A stretch of DNA of 64,000 nt. Source: an uncultured Salinisphaerales bacterium. Lineage in GTDB: Bacteria; Pseudomonadota; Gammaproteobacteria; Nevskiales; Nevskiaceae. The stretch's first letter is position 1. Each line of letters starts with the position of its first letter. The position numbers and the translations under genes were made by a program. Location of the stretch: the NCBI GenBank assembly GCA_964535755.1, contig CAZHTI010000001.1:20720-84719 (forward strand), written 5' to 3'. Shown here one piece after another: positions 51,201 to 61,679 of this stretch. The notes below the pieces were generated by a model, which made no database searches, was not told where the DNA came from, and saw only the letters and a program-made list of their open reading frames with translations.

Positions 51201-53651
51201 ATGCTGCTTAACTTCCGCCGTGGACTGCTCGCCGCGGTGCTCACTGCGACCTGTACCTTACCGACCACTGCACTGACCTCCGATGCCCTCAGTAAGGTCG
51301 ACCCGAGCCTTCTCACTGCGGCGCAGACCCACCCACAGTTGGAGTTTCTGATTCGCATGGGAACGGCGGCGGACCTCTCGATGTCGGAAGCGGCGCGAAC
51401 GCGCGAAGCACGCGGCAAGATCGTCGTACAAATCCTCAAAGCGCATGCGGCTGCGAGCCAGAAGGACCTGTTAGCGCAGCTCAATGCGCGCGGCCTAAAG
51501 CACCGTAGCTTTTGGATAGCCAACAGCGTGGCGGCGACGGGCAGTCTGGCGGACATCCAAGCCCTCGCCGTGCGTCCGGATATCGCCCACATTTACTTGG
51601 TAAAGGCCGAGCGGCCCAACCTGCCCGGCGGCGTTGAGGCCGCAAGCCTCGCTTCCGCCTTCGACCCCAGCACCAGCACGAGTATCGAGCCCGGCTTGGT
51701 GCGGGTGGGCGCACCCGAGGTTTGGGCGAAGGGCTACACCGGCCAAGGTGTGGTGGTGGGCGACCACGACATCGGCGTGGAATGGACGCACCCCGCTCTC
51801 AAGAAAAAATATCGCGGCTGGGACGAGGCTAACCAATCCGCGAGCCACGACTACAACTGGCGCAACGCGTTCGAGGTCGATACCTACTGCCCTGACCCGG
51901 CCATCCCCTGCGATCCCAACAGCCACGGTACCCACACCACTGGCACCATGGTTGGGAGTGAAGACGGCGGCAGGGTGGTCGGCATGGCACCCAACGCACA
52001 GTGGATAGGCTGCCGCTCGCTCTACGATGACATTGCCGGTGCAGGCACCGTGCCGACCTACATGGACTGCATGGAGTTCATGCTCGCGCCCTTCCCCATC
52101 GGCCAACCTGAAATGGGCGACCCGAGCAAAGCACCGGATGTAGTCAACAACTCGTGGGGCTGCTTGGAGGCTTGTGCGCCGCCCCTGCTCAAGGACATCA
52201 ACGACGCCACCAAGGCTGCGGGGATCGTGCAGGTGGTATCCGCAGGCAATGACGGCTCACAGTGCATGACCATCATCACGCCGCTCGCCGTCTACGACTC
52301 CAGCTTTACCGTTGGCGCGTCGAATACCGTGGATGACGGCATGGCATCGTTCTCCAGCCGTGGGCCGGTGGCGGTGGATGGTTCGATGCGCATCAAGCCA
52401 GACATCGTCGCACCCGGTGTCGGGACGGTCTCGACCGTCCCGGGTGATGGTTATGGCGCAAAGAGTGGCACCAGCATGGCGGGGCCGCATGTGGCCGGTT
52501 TGGTCGCGTTGATGATGAGCGCCGAGCCTAGGCTCAAGGGCCGCGTCGATGATGTGCGCAATTTGATTACCCGCACCGCTTTTACGGGTGTCGCCAGCAC
52601 GCAGGCCTGTGGCGGTGTCGCTGCCTCGACCATCCCCAACAGCGTCTTTGGCTTTGGCCGTATTGATGCCCTTGCCGCTGTCAACGGCATCCCCAAACTC
52701 GAAACGACGGTCAGTGCGCCAGCGTCGGCAATGCGCGACACCACCTATCCCGCAAGCATTACCGTGCGCCAAGCCGATGGCGGCAAAATTGACGTGACCC
52801 TCGCCACCTTAGAGGTGACGCTCGCTCCGGGAGTCAGCGTGATCGCAGCAACGCCGACGCCTGCCGCTGTGGCGTCCGATCTCAACGGCACCACCCTCGT
52901 GTTTAGTCGGGCAGCGGCGCTCGCACCGTCGCAGCTGTGGCAAATCGATTTGCAGCTCAAGTCCAGCAGCGGCGGCGCGAAGGCCATCCGCGCCGTCGCC
53001 GAGGGCAACCAAGTAAGCCCACAGGCGGGTGCGGAGGTCATCACCCTAATTGAAGCCGGTGTTACGCCTTTTGCTTTTATTGAGCGCAACCCAGTGGCCT
53101 TGGGCAAGATGATCACCAGCGAGGAGATTACGCTGCGCGGCTTCAGCGGCAGCCTGCCGATCAGCGTGAGTGAGGGTGCTCAGTACCGCATTAACGGCGG
53201 CGCGTTCACCAATTCTGTAGGCACCGTCCACGCGGGGGATACCCTCGCCGTGCGTCATGTATCCGCGACGAGCGTCAGCACCCGTACCGTGAGCAGCGTG
53301 ACGGTAGGCAGCTACAACGCCGCCTTTGTCAGCGTCACCACCTCAGAAGACACCGTGCCTGCGCGCTTTGGCTTTGCCACGCTGACTAACCAAGCGCCCA
53401 ATACTCTGGTGACAAGTGCGGCGATTGTGCCAACCGATTTCGACGCCGCCGCCAGCGTGTCGCCCGGCCCGAATGCTCAGTACAGCGTCAATGGCGGACC
53501 GTTCACGAATAGCGTCGGCAAGATAGCGCCTGGTCAGACCTTGGCCATCCGGCACTTGAGTAATCGGGCCGCGCTTGGCTACACCAAGAGCTATCTCAAT
53601 GTCGGCGGCGTGACTGGCCACTTTGTCACGCGGACGCGGCAAGCTCCATAA
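51201..53651 (+). CDS. Secreted S8 serine protease with two tandem ~95-aa C-terminal repeat domains
   Basis: ATG at 51201, signal peptide. Triad contexts VVVGDHDIG, HGTHTTGT, GTSMAGPHVAG. C-terminal repeats are centred on QYRINGGAFTNSVGTVHAGDTLAVRH and QYSVNGGPFTNSVGKIAPGQTLAIRH. Confidence 0.88.
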   Translation: MLLNFRRGLLAAVLTATCTLPTTALTSDALSKVDPSLLTAAQTHPQLEFLIRMGTAADLSMSEAARTREARGKIVVQILKAHAAASQKDLLAQLNARGLKHRSFWIANSVAATGSLADIQALAVRPDIAHIYLVKAERPNLPGGVEAASLASAFDPSTSTSIEPGLVRVGAPEVWAKGYTGQGVVVGDHDIGVEWTHPALKKKYRGWDEANQSASHDYNWRNAFEVDTYCPDPAIPCDPNSHGTHTTGTMVGSEDGGRVVGMAPNAQWIGCRSLYDDIAGAGTVPTYMDCMEFMLAPFPIGQPEMGDPSKAPDVVNNSWGCLEACAPPLLKDINDATKAAGIVQVVSAGNDGSQCMTIITPLAVYDSSFTVGASNTVDDGMASFSSRGPVAVDGSMRIKPDIVAPGVGTVSTVPGDGYGAKSGTSMAGPHVAGLVALMMSAEPRLKGRVDDVRNLITRTAFTGVASTQACGGVAASTIPNSVFGFGRIDALAAVNGIPKLETTVSAPASAMRDTTYPASITVRQADGGKIDVTLATLEVTLAPGVSVIAATPTPAAVASDLNGTTLVFSRAAALAPSQLWQIDLQLKSSSGGAKAIRAVAEGNQVSPQAGAEVITLIEAGVTPFAFIERNPVALGKMITSEEITLRGFSGSLPISVSEGAQYRINGGAFTNSVGTVHAGDTLAVRHVSATSVSTRTVSSVTVGSYNAAFVSVTTSEDTVPARFGFATLTNQAPNTLVTSAAIVPTDFDAAASVSPGPNAQYSVNGGPFTNSVGKIAPGQTLAIRHLSNRAALGYTKSYLNVGGVTGHFVTRTRQAP

Positions 53652-53771
53652 AGCAAGCAGTAGCCGCGGCGGGACTACCCTTAAGCCCTCGTATTAGCGG
53701 GTTGCGATGCCAGCAAGTACGGGGGCTGTCCGTGGCGGGAGGCGGGCGTTGGGGAAGCGGCTAGCGACTCG

Positions 53772-54392
53772 TCAGCGCCAAAAATGCACGGCTGTGACCA
53801 GCGACCCAGCGAGCGCCCAACCGGCCACGACGTCGCTGAGGTAGTGCACCCGTAGAACCACCCGCGAGGCACCGATCAGCAGGGCGAGCAGCACGGCTAA
53901 GCCATACACGGCAGGTGCGACTGCACTTGGCAGCAGCGGCAGGATGAGAACGGCGGTGCTGCCGTAGAGCGTGCTGCCCATCACGGTATGCGCGCTCGGG
54001 AACGACGAGCCAAAGTGCACGGCGCCGGCCTGCCCGGGCCGCGTGCGGCGCGTCAAGCGCTTGAGCAAATTGCCGCAGGCCCCGCCAAAAATACTCACGC
54101 CGATGAGCGTCCAGGCCGCTTGCGCCTGCCCAGCCAGCCAAAACAACCCGGCAAAGCAGGCGGTGAATAAGGTCACGACGGTCGAGGAGCCGAGTGCGGA
54201 GAAATCGAGCGCCAACTCGCGCGTGCGCGGGGCTTCAAAGTAGCGGCCCAAGCCATGCAGCCGACCGGGGCCGCCTGCAAAGCGCCCGCGACGGCGCAAT
54301 AGAGCCGCCCACAGCAGCAACACGCCGACTGCGCCTATCGGCAGCAGCAGCACGAGCCATGAATGCAGCAGCGGTTCAGTCGTTAGGAGCAT
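53772..54392 (-). CDS. PAP2-family lipid phosphatase (membrane)
   Basis: 206 aa, multiple TM helices. PAP2 motifs KRLTRRTRP, SFPSAH, SRVVLRVHYLSDV. Confidence 0.8.
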   Translation of the reverse strand: MLLTTEPLLHSWLVLLLPIGAVGVLLLWAALLRRRGRFAGGPGRLHGLGRYFEAPRTRELALDFSALGSSTVVTLFTACFAGLFWLAGQAQAAWTLIGVSIFGGACGNLLKRLTRRTRPGQAGAVHFGSSFPSAHTVMGSTLYGSTAVLILPLLPSAVAPAVYGLAVLLALLIGASRVVLRVHYLSDVVAGWALAGSLVTAVHFWR

Positions 54393-54444
54393 GCTCGCAA
54401 CTTAGCCCATTGGGCATGAACAAAAACCTACTTTGGGATGGCCC

Positions 54445-55365
54445 ATGTCGAACCCCCGCCGCATCATCGTGGTCGCCAACGCCAAGTCCGGCAGCGCCGG
54501 CGGTGATGCGTTAGATCAACTCAGCGCCGCGCTCTGCGCGCTCGGCGTGGCGGTCGACTGCTGGCGTGCGGAGCAGCCCAATCAGCTACCTACTCTGGCG
54601 GCTCGGGCTGCCGCAGCCTCGCCGGATGTGCTGGTCGCATTCGGCGGCGATGGCACCGTCAACACCGTCGCGAATGCCTTGGCGGGGTCAACCGTCGCGA
54701 TGGGCATCGCCCCGCGCGGCACCTTTAATTACGTCGCCAAGCGCTACGGGCTTCCTAGCGCGGTGGATGAGGTCGCCGCACTGCTCGCGCGCGGCCGCGC
54801 GACCGCCATCGGCGCAGGAGAAGTCAACGGCAAACTGTTCCTCAACAATTGCAGCTTCGGGCTCTACGCAGACGTCATCGAAGCGCGCGAGCGGCACAAG
54901 GCACAGTGGGGGCGCTCGCGCGTCGTCGCGGTGCTCAGCGCGCTAGCGACGACGCTGAGCGCCCGTGCTCGACTGCCCTTACGGATCACCGACCCCACCA
55001 CCGGCCTAAGCCAAGTCCGTCGCGCCAGCATGGTGTTTGCGGGGGTTAATCCGGCGCAGTTTGAGGACGGCGGCTTCGCACTCTCAGAGGAGGTCGCTGG
55101 AGGAGCGGTCGGCGTGGTCGTCGTCGATGCCCTCAACCCTTGGCGCGTGCTGCGCATGTTGCTCGGCGCAGCCGCGGGAACAGTCGAAGACTTGCAGCAC
55201 ATCGAAGCGTTCCCAGCGCAGCGCCTAGAGATCGCCGTGTCGAATCGCCTGCGCTCACTGAAGGTGGTGTTGGATGGCGAAATCCTGCGCTTGCTGGCAC
55301 CGCTGCGCCTGCGCTACCGGCCCAATGCGCTGCGCCTGTTGCTGCCAGCCGCCTTCAACCCATGA
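54445..55365 (+). CDS. Diacylglycerol-kinase-catalytic-domain lipid kinase (YegS/BmrU family)
   Basis: ATG at 54445. IIVVANAKSGS ... VLVAFGGDGTVNTVANAL ... GIAPRGTFNY typical of the DAGK_cat family. Confidence 0.8.
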   Translation: MSNPRRIIVVANAKSGSAGGDALDQLSAALCALGVAVDCWRAEQPNQLPTLAARAAAASPDVLVAFGGDGTVNTVANALAGSTVAMGIAPRGTFNYVAKRYGLPSAVDEVAALLARGRATAIGAGEVNGKLFLNNCSFGLYADVIEARERHKAQWGRSRVVAVLSALATTLSARARLPLRITDPTTGLSQVRRASMVFAGVNPAQFEDGGFALSEEVAGGAVGVVVVDALNPWRVLRMLLGAAAGTVEDLQHIEAFPAQRLEIAVSNRLRSLKVVLDGEILRLLAPLRLRYRPNALRLLLPAAFNP

Positions 55366-55399
55366 GCGAGTAGGGCTAGGCTAATAGCTGCTCCGGGCT

Positions 55400-56023
55400 T
55401 CAATGACCGCAGTGCTGATCCTCACACGGCCTACCATCGCCGTCGCCGTCGGTCACGCTTCCGGGGCAGTTGTTTAGGTAAAACTGAGCTTCTGCACAGC
55501 TCGTCATCTGGCTGCAACGGGTCTTGCCTTGGCATTGAAAGCCACTGCTCGATGCTGCACTAGCTCTGCCCTGCCGCCAGCCGTCATCCTCACTGCTGGA
55601 GGCCGGACTAGTAAGCTGCGACGCAGCCGTTACCGCCTCAAGCGACGTAGGCGACTGAGCAGCGCGCTTCTGCCACCCGCTATACGCTGCCATCAGTGCT
55701 GCAAGCGCTGCGACCATTAGTAGCTTGGCAAACCAAGAACTACCACTCGCTTTGTGCGGCTCTGCTGAAGAACTGCGAGTAGATCGCGGAATTGCGATGT
55801 TTGGGCTGTTCGCCGGTGCAGCCAGCAAAGTCACGTCCTGGGCAACTGGCCCCTTCGGCCCGGAACCAAGGGTGTAGGTCACCTTATCGTCCAAGCGCGG
55901 ACGTTGGCTGCGGGCACTGAAGGCAGAGATATGCAGAAAGACGCGCTCGCCCCCACCCCCCGGGGTGACAAAGCCAAAACCTCGTTGATCATTCCACTCG
56001 GTAATTCGACCCTGATAACGCAT
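55400..56023 (-). CDS. Cold-shock-domain protein with TM helix and C-terminal Excalibur calcium-binding domain
   Basis: ATG at 56023. N-terminal GRITEWNDQRGFGFVTP (CSD RNP1-like), TM helix FAKLLMVAALAALMAAYSGW, C-terminal CAEAQFYLNNCPGSVTDGDGDGRPCEDQHC. Confidence 0.8.
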   Translation of the reverse strand: MRYQGRITEWNDQRGFGFVTPGGGGERVFLHISAFSARSQRPRLDDKVTYTLGSGPKGPVAQDVTLLAAPANSPNIAIPRSTRSSSAEPHKASGSSWFAKLLMVAALAALMAAYSGWQKRAAQSPTSLEAVTAASQLTSPASSSEDDGWRQGRASAASSSGFQCQGKTRCSQMTSCAEAQFYLNNCPGSVTDGDGDGRPCEDQHCGH

Positions 56024-56029
56024 GGACAA

Positions 56030-57157
56030 CTACCGCATCGCCCCCAAAATCGCTTTCTCAACCGCCCCACGCTCAGCGGCGACTTGAATCAATCCCTTGA
56101 GCCCGCCTTGGATAACGATGTCTGGGTCCTTCAGGCCGTTGCCGGTGAGGGTGCAGACGACGGTGCTGCCTTGGGCGATTTTGCCGTTGGCAATGTCGCG
56201 CAGTGCACCGCAGAGCGAGGCCGCCGATGCAGGCTCGCACCAAACACCTTCTTGCTCGGCCAGCATGCGCTGGGTGCTGAGGATCTCGGCGTCGATGCAT
56301 TCATCAAACCAACCGCCGGATTCTTTCTGCGCGACCCAAGCGCGGTCCCAGCTTTGCGGGTCGCCGATGCGGATTGCGGTGGCGACCGTTTCTGGGTTCG
56401 CCACGCGGCCACCGCGCATGAATGGGGCTGCACCTGCTGCTTGGTAGCCCACCATCTTTGGGCGACGGAGGTCAGTGGTGAGTGCTACCGGATGGGTCAT
56501 GCAGTTGCCATCGCAGAGCGCGCAAGCCTTAGTGCCTTGGCCGATAGCCTCGGAGTAACCAATCCAATGCGCGGTGATGTTGCCGGCGTTGCCGACCGGC
56601 AAGCAGTGGTAGTCCGGCGCTTGGCCTAGGGCTTCGACGATTTCAAACGCCGCCGTCTTTTGCCCCTGCAAGCGGTAGGGGTTGATGGAGTTGACGATGG
56701 TGACCGGCGCGGTTTCGGCGACTTCCTTCACCAAGCGCATGCCGTCATCGAAGTTGCCCTGAATCTGCACCACGACCGCACCGTGCACGACGGCCTGAGC
56801 GAGCTTGCCGAGCGCGATTTTGCCGTCGGGAATCAGCACGAAGGCGGTGATGCCCGCGCGTGCGGCGTAGGCGGCGGCGGCGGCGCTGGTATTGCCGGTA
56901 GAGGCACAGATGATGGCCTTGCTGCCCTCATGCACGGCTTGGGTCACGGCTGCTGTCATGCCCCGGTCCTTAAAGCTGCCGGTGGGGTTCAAGCCTTCAA
57001 ACTTCACCAGAATTCGGCCTTCGAAACCGACACGCTTGGGGATGTTGACCAGCTCAATCAGCGGCGTGTTGCCCTCGTTGAGCGTCACTGCTTTGACGTC
57101 TGCCGAAAAGGGCATACGCGAGCGGTATTTGTTGATAAGGCCGGTGTAGTGGGTCAT
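56030..57157 (-). CDS. thrC: Threonine synthase (short form)
   Basis: 375 aa. PLP lysine context FEGLNPTGSFKDRGM. Downstream of hom. Confidence 0.92.
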   Translation of the reverse strand: MTHYTGLINKYRSRMPFSADVKAVTLNEGNTPLIELVNIPKRVGFEGRILVKFEGLNPTGSFKDRGMTAAVTQAVHEGSKAIICASTGNTSAAAAAYAARAGITAFVLIPDGKIALGKLAQAVVHGAVVVQIQGNFDDGMRLVKEVAETAPVTIVNSINPYRLQGQKTAAFEIVEALGQAPDYHCLPVGNAGNITAHWIGYSEAIGQGTKACALCDGNCMTHPVALTTDLRRPKMVGYQAAGAAPFMRGGRVANPETVATAIRIGDPQSWDRAWVAQKESGGWFDECIDAEILSTQRMLAEQEGVWCEPASAASLCGALRDIANGKIAQGSTVVCTLTGNGLKDPDIVIQGGLKGLIQVAAERGAVEKAILGAMR

Positions 57158-57208
57158 GGCTGATGGCTCGGCAAATCGGGGTGGAGCGGGTTAAAAACAG
57201 CGGCGCGC

Positions 57209-58516
57209 TTACTTGAAGTGCTCGACCCGCAGGCGGCTGATGCCTTCGCGCACGAAAGGCAGGCTCTGCATGGCAGCAAGTGCCAGGTTGAACTGTGTCT
57301 CTGCGACACGGCTGGTGATGAGGGCGACGGTGGCATCGTCATCGCCTCTAGGCTCCTTCTGCAGGATGGCCTCGATGCTGATGTCGTGCTCAGCCAGGAT
57401 GCCGGTAAGCGCGTTGAGCACGCCAGGCTCATCGGCCACCCGAAGGCGCAGGTAGTAGCAGCTCTCGATGCCCTCCAGCGGCAGTAAGGTTTGCGGCTGT
57501 AACGCTTCGGTTTGGAAGGCGAGCGGCGGCACGGTGTAAGGCGCGCCAGCGACCAAGCCACGCGCGACGTCGACCAAGTCAGCGATCACCGAGCTTGCAG
57601 TCGCATCACCGCCCGCGCCACGGCCATAGAAGCCAATCTGGCCGACGGCATTGCCCTGCACGACAACGCTATTGAGCACGCCATCGACCTTCGCCAGTAG
57701 ATGGTCGTCCGGCACCAGCGTCGGCTGCACGCGCAACTCCACGCCGGCAGCCGATTGCTTGGCAATGCCCAGCAGCTTGATGCGATAGCCCAGGGTGCTG
57801 GCGATGGTGATGTCCGCCGCCGTCACCTTGCTGATGCCTTCGCAGGCGACGGAAGGGAAGGAGAGCGGTATGCCGAAGGCAATGCTGGCCAGAATGGTGA
57901 GCTTGTGCGCGGCATCAATGCCTTCGACGTCGAAGGTCGGGTCGGCCTCGGCGTAGCCCAAGCGCTGGGCGTCGGCGAGTGCTTCGGCATAGGGCTGCCC
58001 CTTCACCGTCATCTGCGTGAGGATGTAGTTGCAGGTGCCATTGATGATGCCCGCGAGGCTCTCGATGCGGTTACCCGCCAAGCCCTCACGGATCGCTTTG
58101 ATGATGGGGATACCACCGGCCACACTGGCCTCAAAGGCCACCGGCTGACCTGCTTTGGCGGCAGCGGCGAAGATCGTGTTGCCGTCCTCCGCAAGCAGCG
58201 CTTTATTGGCGGTGACCACTGGCTTGCCGCGTGCGAGTGCGGCGAGGATAGCGTCCTTCGCCGTGGTGTGGCCGCCGATGACTTCCACCACCACATCGAC
58301 GTCCGCCTCACGCGCCAGAGTCAGTGCGTCGGGCAGCAGGGTGATGCCGTCTAGCGACACCTCACGCGCCTTGCTGCTGCGGGCCGTGGCATGGGTCACA
58401 ACGACTTTGGCACCGACGCGGCGCTCGATCTCCGCCGCATTCTTTTGCAGCACCCGCACCACGCCTTGGCCGACGGTGCCTAGGCCAATGAGGCCGACTC
58501 GGATGACTTTGCTCAT
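57209..58516 (-). CDS. hom: Homoserine dehydrogenase
   Basis: 435 aa. N-terminal Rossmann motif GLIGLGTVG, catalytic domain, C-terminal ACT domain. Confidence 0.93.
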   Translation of the reverse strand: MSKVIRVGLIGLGTVGQGVVRVLQKNAAEIERRVGAKVVVTHATARSSKAREVSLDGITLLPDALTLAREADVDVVVEVIGGHTTAKDAILAALARGKPVVTANKALLAEDGNTIFAAAAKAGQPVAFEASVAGGIPIIKAIREGLAGNRIESLAGIINGTCNYILTQMTVKGQPYAEALADAQRLGYAEADPTFDVEGIDAAHKLTILASIAFGIPLSFPSVACEGISKVTAADITIASTLGYRIKLLGIAKQSAAGVELRVQPTLVPDDHLLAKVDGVLNSVVVQGNAVGQIGFYGRGAGGDATASSVIADLVDVARGLVAGAPYTVPPLAFQTEALQPQTLLPLEGIESCYYLRLRVADEPGVLNALTGILAEHDISIEAILQKEPRGDDDATVALITSRVAETQFNLALAAMQSLPFVREGISRLRVEHFK

Positions 58517-59748
58517 TTGGGCTTTGCTTCCTTCAGCAATTTCTTGATGCCGCGCACGGCTTGGCGGGTGCGCTGTTCGTTCTCGATAAGCGCAAAGCGC
58601 ACGTGGGTATCGCCATATTGGCCAAAGCCAATGCCCGGGCTCACGGCAACGCCGGCCTTCTCTAGCAGGAGCTTGGAGAACTCCATGCTGCCCAAGTGCT
58701 TGAAGGGCTCAGGGATTTCTGCCCAGACGAACATCGTCGCCTTGGGCTTCTCGACCTTCCAACCCGCCGCATTCAGCCCCTCGCAGAGCACGTCACGGCG
58801 CTGGCGGTACATCTCACAAATCTCCGCGACACAGTCTTGCGGGCCTTCAAGCGCAGCAATCGCAGCGACTTGAATCGGCGTAAACATGCCGTAGTCCAGA
58901 TAACCCTTGATGCGCGCCAAAGCGTTGACCAAGGTCGGATTGCCGACCATAAATCCGACGCGCCAGCCGGGCATGTTGTAGCTCTTGGAGAGCGTGAAAA
59001 ACTCGACCGCGATGTCCTTAGCACCCGGTACTTCCAGCACGCTCGGGGCTTTGTAGCCGTCGAAGACGATGTCAGCATAGGCGAGGTCGTGCACCAGCCA
59101 CATCTCATGCTGCTTGCAGAAGGCGACCGCGCGCTCAAAAAAGCTCAGCTCGACGCACTCCGTGGTCGGGTTGCCGGGGAAGTTCAAAATCAACATCTTC
59201 GGCTTCGGCCAAGACTCGGCGACGGCTTTCTCCAGCTCTTCGAAGAAGTCGACTTCGGGCGTCATCCGCACATGGCGGACATCCGCGCCTGCCAGCACCA
59301 CGCCATAGGGGTGGATGGGGTAGGCAGGGTTCGGCACCAGCACCAAGTCACCCGGGCCCAAAGTCGCCATCGCCAAGTGGCTCAGGCCCTCTTTGCTGCC
59401 GATGGTGGCAATGCACTCGGTGTCGGGGTCTAAGCTGATGTCGTAGCGGGTTTTGTACCACTTGGTCATCGCCCGGCGCAGGCGCGGGATGCCCTTGCTG
59501 ACCGAATACCGATGGGTATGGGTGCCATCTTCGTCGTGCAGCTCAGGGCGGACGTAATCGCTCTCGGTGCCACGGACTGCGGCCTCGACGAGCTTATCGA
59601 CGATGTGCTTAGGGGTGGGCTGGTCGGGGTTGCCCATGCTCATGTCCACCACGTCTTCGCCGCGCGCGCGCGCCGCCTTCTTCATCTCAGCAACGACGTT
59701 GAAGACGTAGGGCGGCAAGCGCTGGATGCGCGGGAAGTTGGTATTCAT
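58513..59748 (-). CDS. PLP-dependent class I/II aminotransferase (AlaC-like), first gene of the aminotransferase-hom-thrC operon
   Basis: 411 aa. PLP-Lys context [15 protein letters not shown]. Its stop overlaps the hom ATG (ATGA). Confidence 0.9.
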   Translation of the reverse strand: MNTNFPRIQRLPPYVFNVVAEMKKAARARGEDVVDMSMGNPDQPTPKHIVDKLVEAAVRGTESDYVRPELHDEDGTHTHRYSVSKGIPRLRRAMTKWYKTRYDISLDPDTECIATIGSKEGLSHLAMATLGPGDLVLVPNPAYPIHPYGVVLAGADVRHVRMTPEVDFFEELEKAVAESWPKPKMLILNFPGNPTTECVELSFFERAVAFCKQHEMWLVHDLAYADIVFDGYKAPSVLEVPGAKDIAVEFFTLSKSYNMPGWRVGFMVGNPTLVNALARIKGYLDYGMFTPIQVAAIAALEGPQDCVAEICEMYRQRRDVLCEGLNAAGWKVEKPKATMFVWAEIPEPFKHLGSMEFSKLLLEKAGVAVSPGIGFGQYGDTHVRFALIENEQRTRQAVRGIKKLLKEAKPK

Positions 59749-59876
59749 GCTCTGGGGACTCGCTAAGGGGCGAAATCAAGTGGGTGGATGCAAAACGACC
59801 GCCGCACTACGAATGCGGGGCGCGTATTAGATGGGCAAAGGTTTTGCACCGCAACAAAAACCGCGCGAGCGGCAGC

Positions 59877-61010
59877 TTAGAGGGTGTCCTCTGCGGGCAC
59901 GACGGTGCCCCATTGCTTGCAGCTTGGGCACTTCCAAAACAACAAGCTGGGGGTAAAGCCGCAATGGCTACAGCGGTAGCGCGGCCGCTTGTCCATGAGC
60001 TTGGTGATGGCATCACGAAAGGCGGCAACCGGCGTCGATAAGGTGCCGGCATCGCTCGCCACGGGCTGGCTTAAAAACTCCACCAAGCCGCGCCAAGAGG
60101 GCCGCTGGGCGAGCTTTGCCGCCAGAAACTCAGCCTTGCCAGCGTCCGGCAGTAGCGCGCTGCGGGCGAGCCAGACGGCTGGCTCTTGCGGATTGAGCGC
60201 TTCAAAGCTGGTGAGAATTTCCTCAAACGTTGCAACCTGCCCGCGGGACTCACATAAGGCGCGCAGGCGGGGCAGCACTTCGGGCAAAAACCGCGCGTCG
60301 TGCTCCGGCACGCGTACCAGCGCGGCAAGCGCATCCGCAGGGTGCCCGGCAGCCTCCAGCAACTGCGCGCGGGTCAAGTGGGCGCGGACACAGCTTGGGT
60401 CTTTGACCAAGGCTTTCTCGGCGAACTCCAGCGCCATAGCGCTCTTGCCAGCGGCTTGGGCTTCGTCGGCAAGCTCGCATAGGTAGTGCGCGCGCACCGC
60501 GACGGTGGACTGCCCTTTCAGCCCTTGCAGGCGGTGGGCGACCTCAAGCGCCTCGTCCCAATTGCCGTGCTGCTCGTGCAGAGGCAACAAATGTTCGAGC
60601 GCAAGGATGGTGAGCGGCGGGTGCGTAGCCGCCTCCTTCAGCACCTGCTCGGCGCGATCGGTCAAGCCGGCTTTGGCGTAGTCCTGCCCGAGTTCGAGCA
60701 GCACTAAGGGCCGCAATTCCGGCTTGTTGTCGGCATGGGCGAGCACATCCTCGTGGATGCGCAGCGCACGGTCGATCTCCCCCCGCTTGCGGAACAACGC
60801 GCCCAGCGTGAGGTTGAGCTCATCGGCAGCAGGGTCGTTCGCGCTGGTTTTGCCCAAGCTATCGATCGCCGCGTCGGTGTTCTCGTTGGCAAGTTGATTG
60901 AGGCTATGGAGTGCTGAGCTAGACGCCGCACCCGTGCCATTGCGCGCTAGGGCGTAGCCCAAAGCCGCGCCTAAGGGCAGCAACAAATAGGTGATCAAGC
61001 CATCCAACAT
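59877..61010 (-). CDS. lapB: Lipopolysaccharide assembly protein B (TPR + rubredoxin-like metal site)
   Basis: ATG at 61010 (M18 of the track ORF). N-terminal TM helix, TPR repeats, C-terminal CSHCGF...WKCPSCKQW. Confidence 0.85.
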   Translation of the reverse strand: MLDGLITYLLLPLGAALGYALARNGTGAASSSALHSLNQLANENTDAAIDSLGKTSANDPAADELNLTLGALFRKRGEIDRALRIHEDVLAHADNKPELRPLVLLELGQDYAKAGLTDRAEQVLKEAATHPPLTILALEHLLPLHEQHGNWDEALEVAHRLQGLKGQSTVAVRAHYLCELADEAQAAGKSAMALEFAEKALVKDPSCVRAHLTRAQLLEAAGHPADALAALVRVPEHDARFLPEVLPRLRALCESRGQVATFEEILTSFEALNPQEPAVWLARSALLPDAGKAEFLAAKLAQRPSWRGLVEFLSQPVASDAGTLSTPVAAFRDAITKLMDKRPRYRCSHCGFTPSLLFWKCPSCKQWGTVVPAEDTL

Positions 61011-61087
61011 GCCGCGCGTTTCCTCAATGCCTTGCAGGCGAAGGCAGCTAGTATGCCGCAAGCCCTCTCGACGTTAGTCCCACCCCT

Positions 61088-61561
61088 ATGCACGCCAACG
61101 CCGCGCTCATCACCCGCTTTTACTCCGCCTTCCAGCAGCGCGATGCCGACACCATGGCCGCCTGCTATCACCCTGAAGCGAGCTTTAGCGACCCTGCCTT
61201 CCCTGCCCTACACGGCTCAGAGATAGGCGATATGTGGCGCATGCTGTTGGCACGCGGGCATGACCTGAGGCTGGATTTTTCGGATGTTCAGGCCGACGAC
61301 CAACGCGGGTCGGCACATTGGGATGCCCGCTACACCTTTAGCAAGACCGGCCGCCGCGTGCTGAATCGCATCGACGCCGAGTTTCACTTCCAAAGCGGGC
61401 TGATCGTTCGCCATCAGGATCACTTCGCCTTTGCCGCTTGGGCGCGGCAGGCATTAGGGCCGGTGGGATGGCTGTTGGGCTACACGCCGCTGTTGCGCAA
61501 AAAGGTGCAAGGCGAGGCGGCCAAGGGTCTAGCCCAATTCCGTGCCGGTTTGGGGCGCTAA
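61088..61561 (+). CDS. SnoaL/NTF2-like fold protein
   Basis: 157 aa. N-terminal LITRFYSAFQQRDADTMAACYHPEASFSDP is typical of SnoaL-like/ketosteroid-isomerase-like proteins. Confidence 0.7.
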   Translation: MHANAALITRFYSAFQQRDADTMAACYHPEASFSDPAFPALHGSEIGDMWRMLLARGHDLRLDFSDVQADDQRGSAHWDARYTFSKTGRRVLNRIDAEFHFQSGLIVRHQDHFAFAAWARQALGPVGWLLGYTPLLRKKVQGEAAKGLAQFRAGLGR

Positions 61562-61679
61562 ACCCAAAGCGCACAGTAGTGTGGATCAGCCACCGGCGCG
61601 CCTGCGGCGAATCCGCACTTAGACGCCGCCCGCTCTGCCCCGTTATGCTGCGCGCCCCTTTGCTATTCAGGTGTTTGTC

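Noticed and set aside
31714-53651. Horizontally acquired genomic island or prophage carrying the hydrolases and redox cluster
   Set aside because: No integrase, transposase, tRNA target or flanking direct repeats seen, and composition looks uniform by eye. Housekeeping rimO and recJ interrupt the region. GC and codon statistics were not computed, so this is only a weak rejection.
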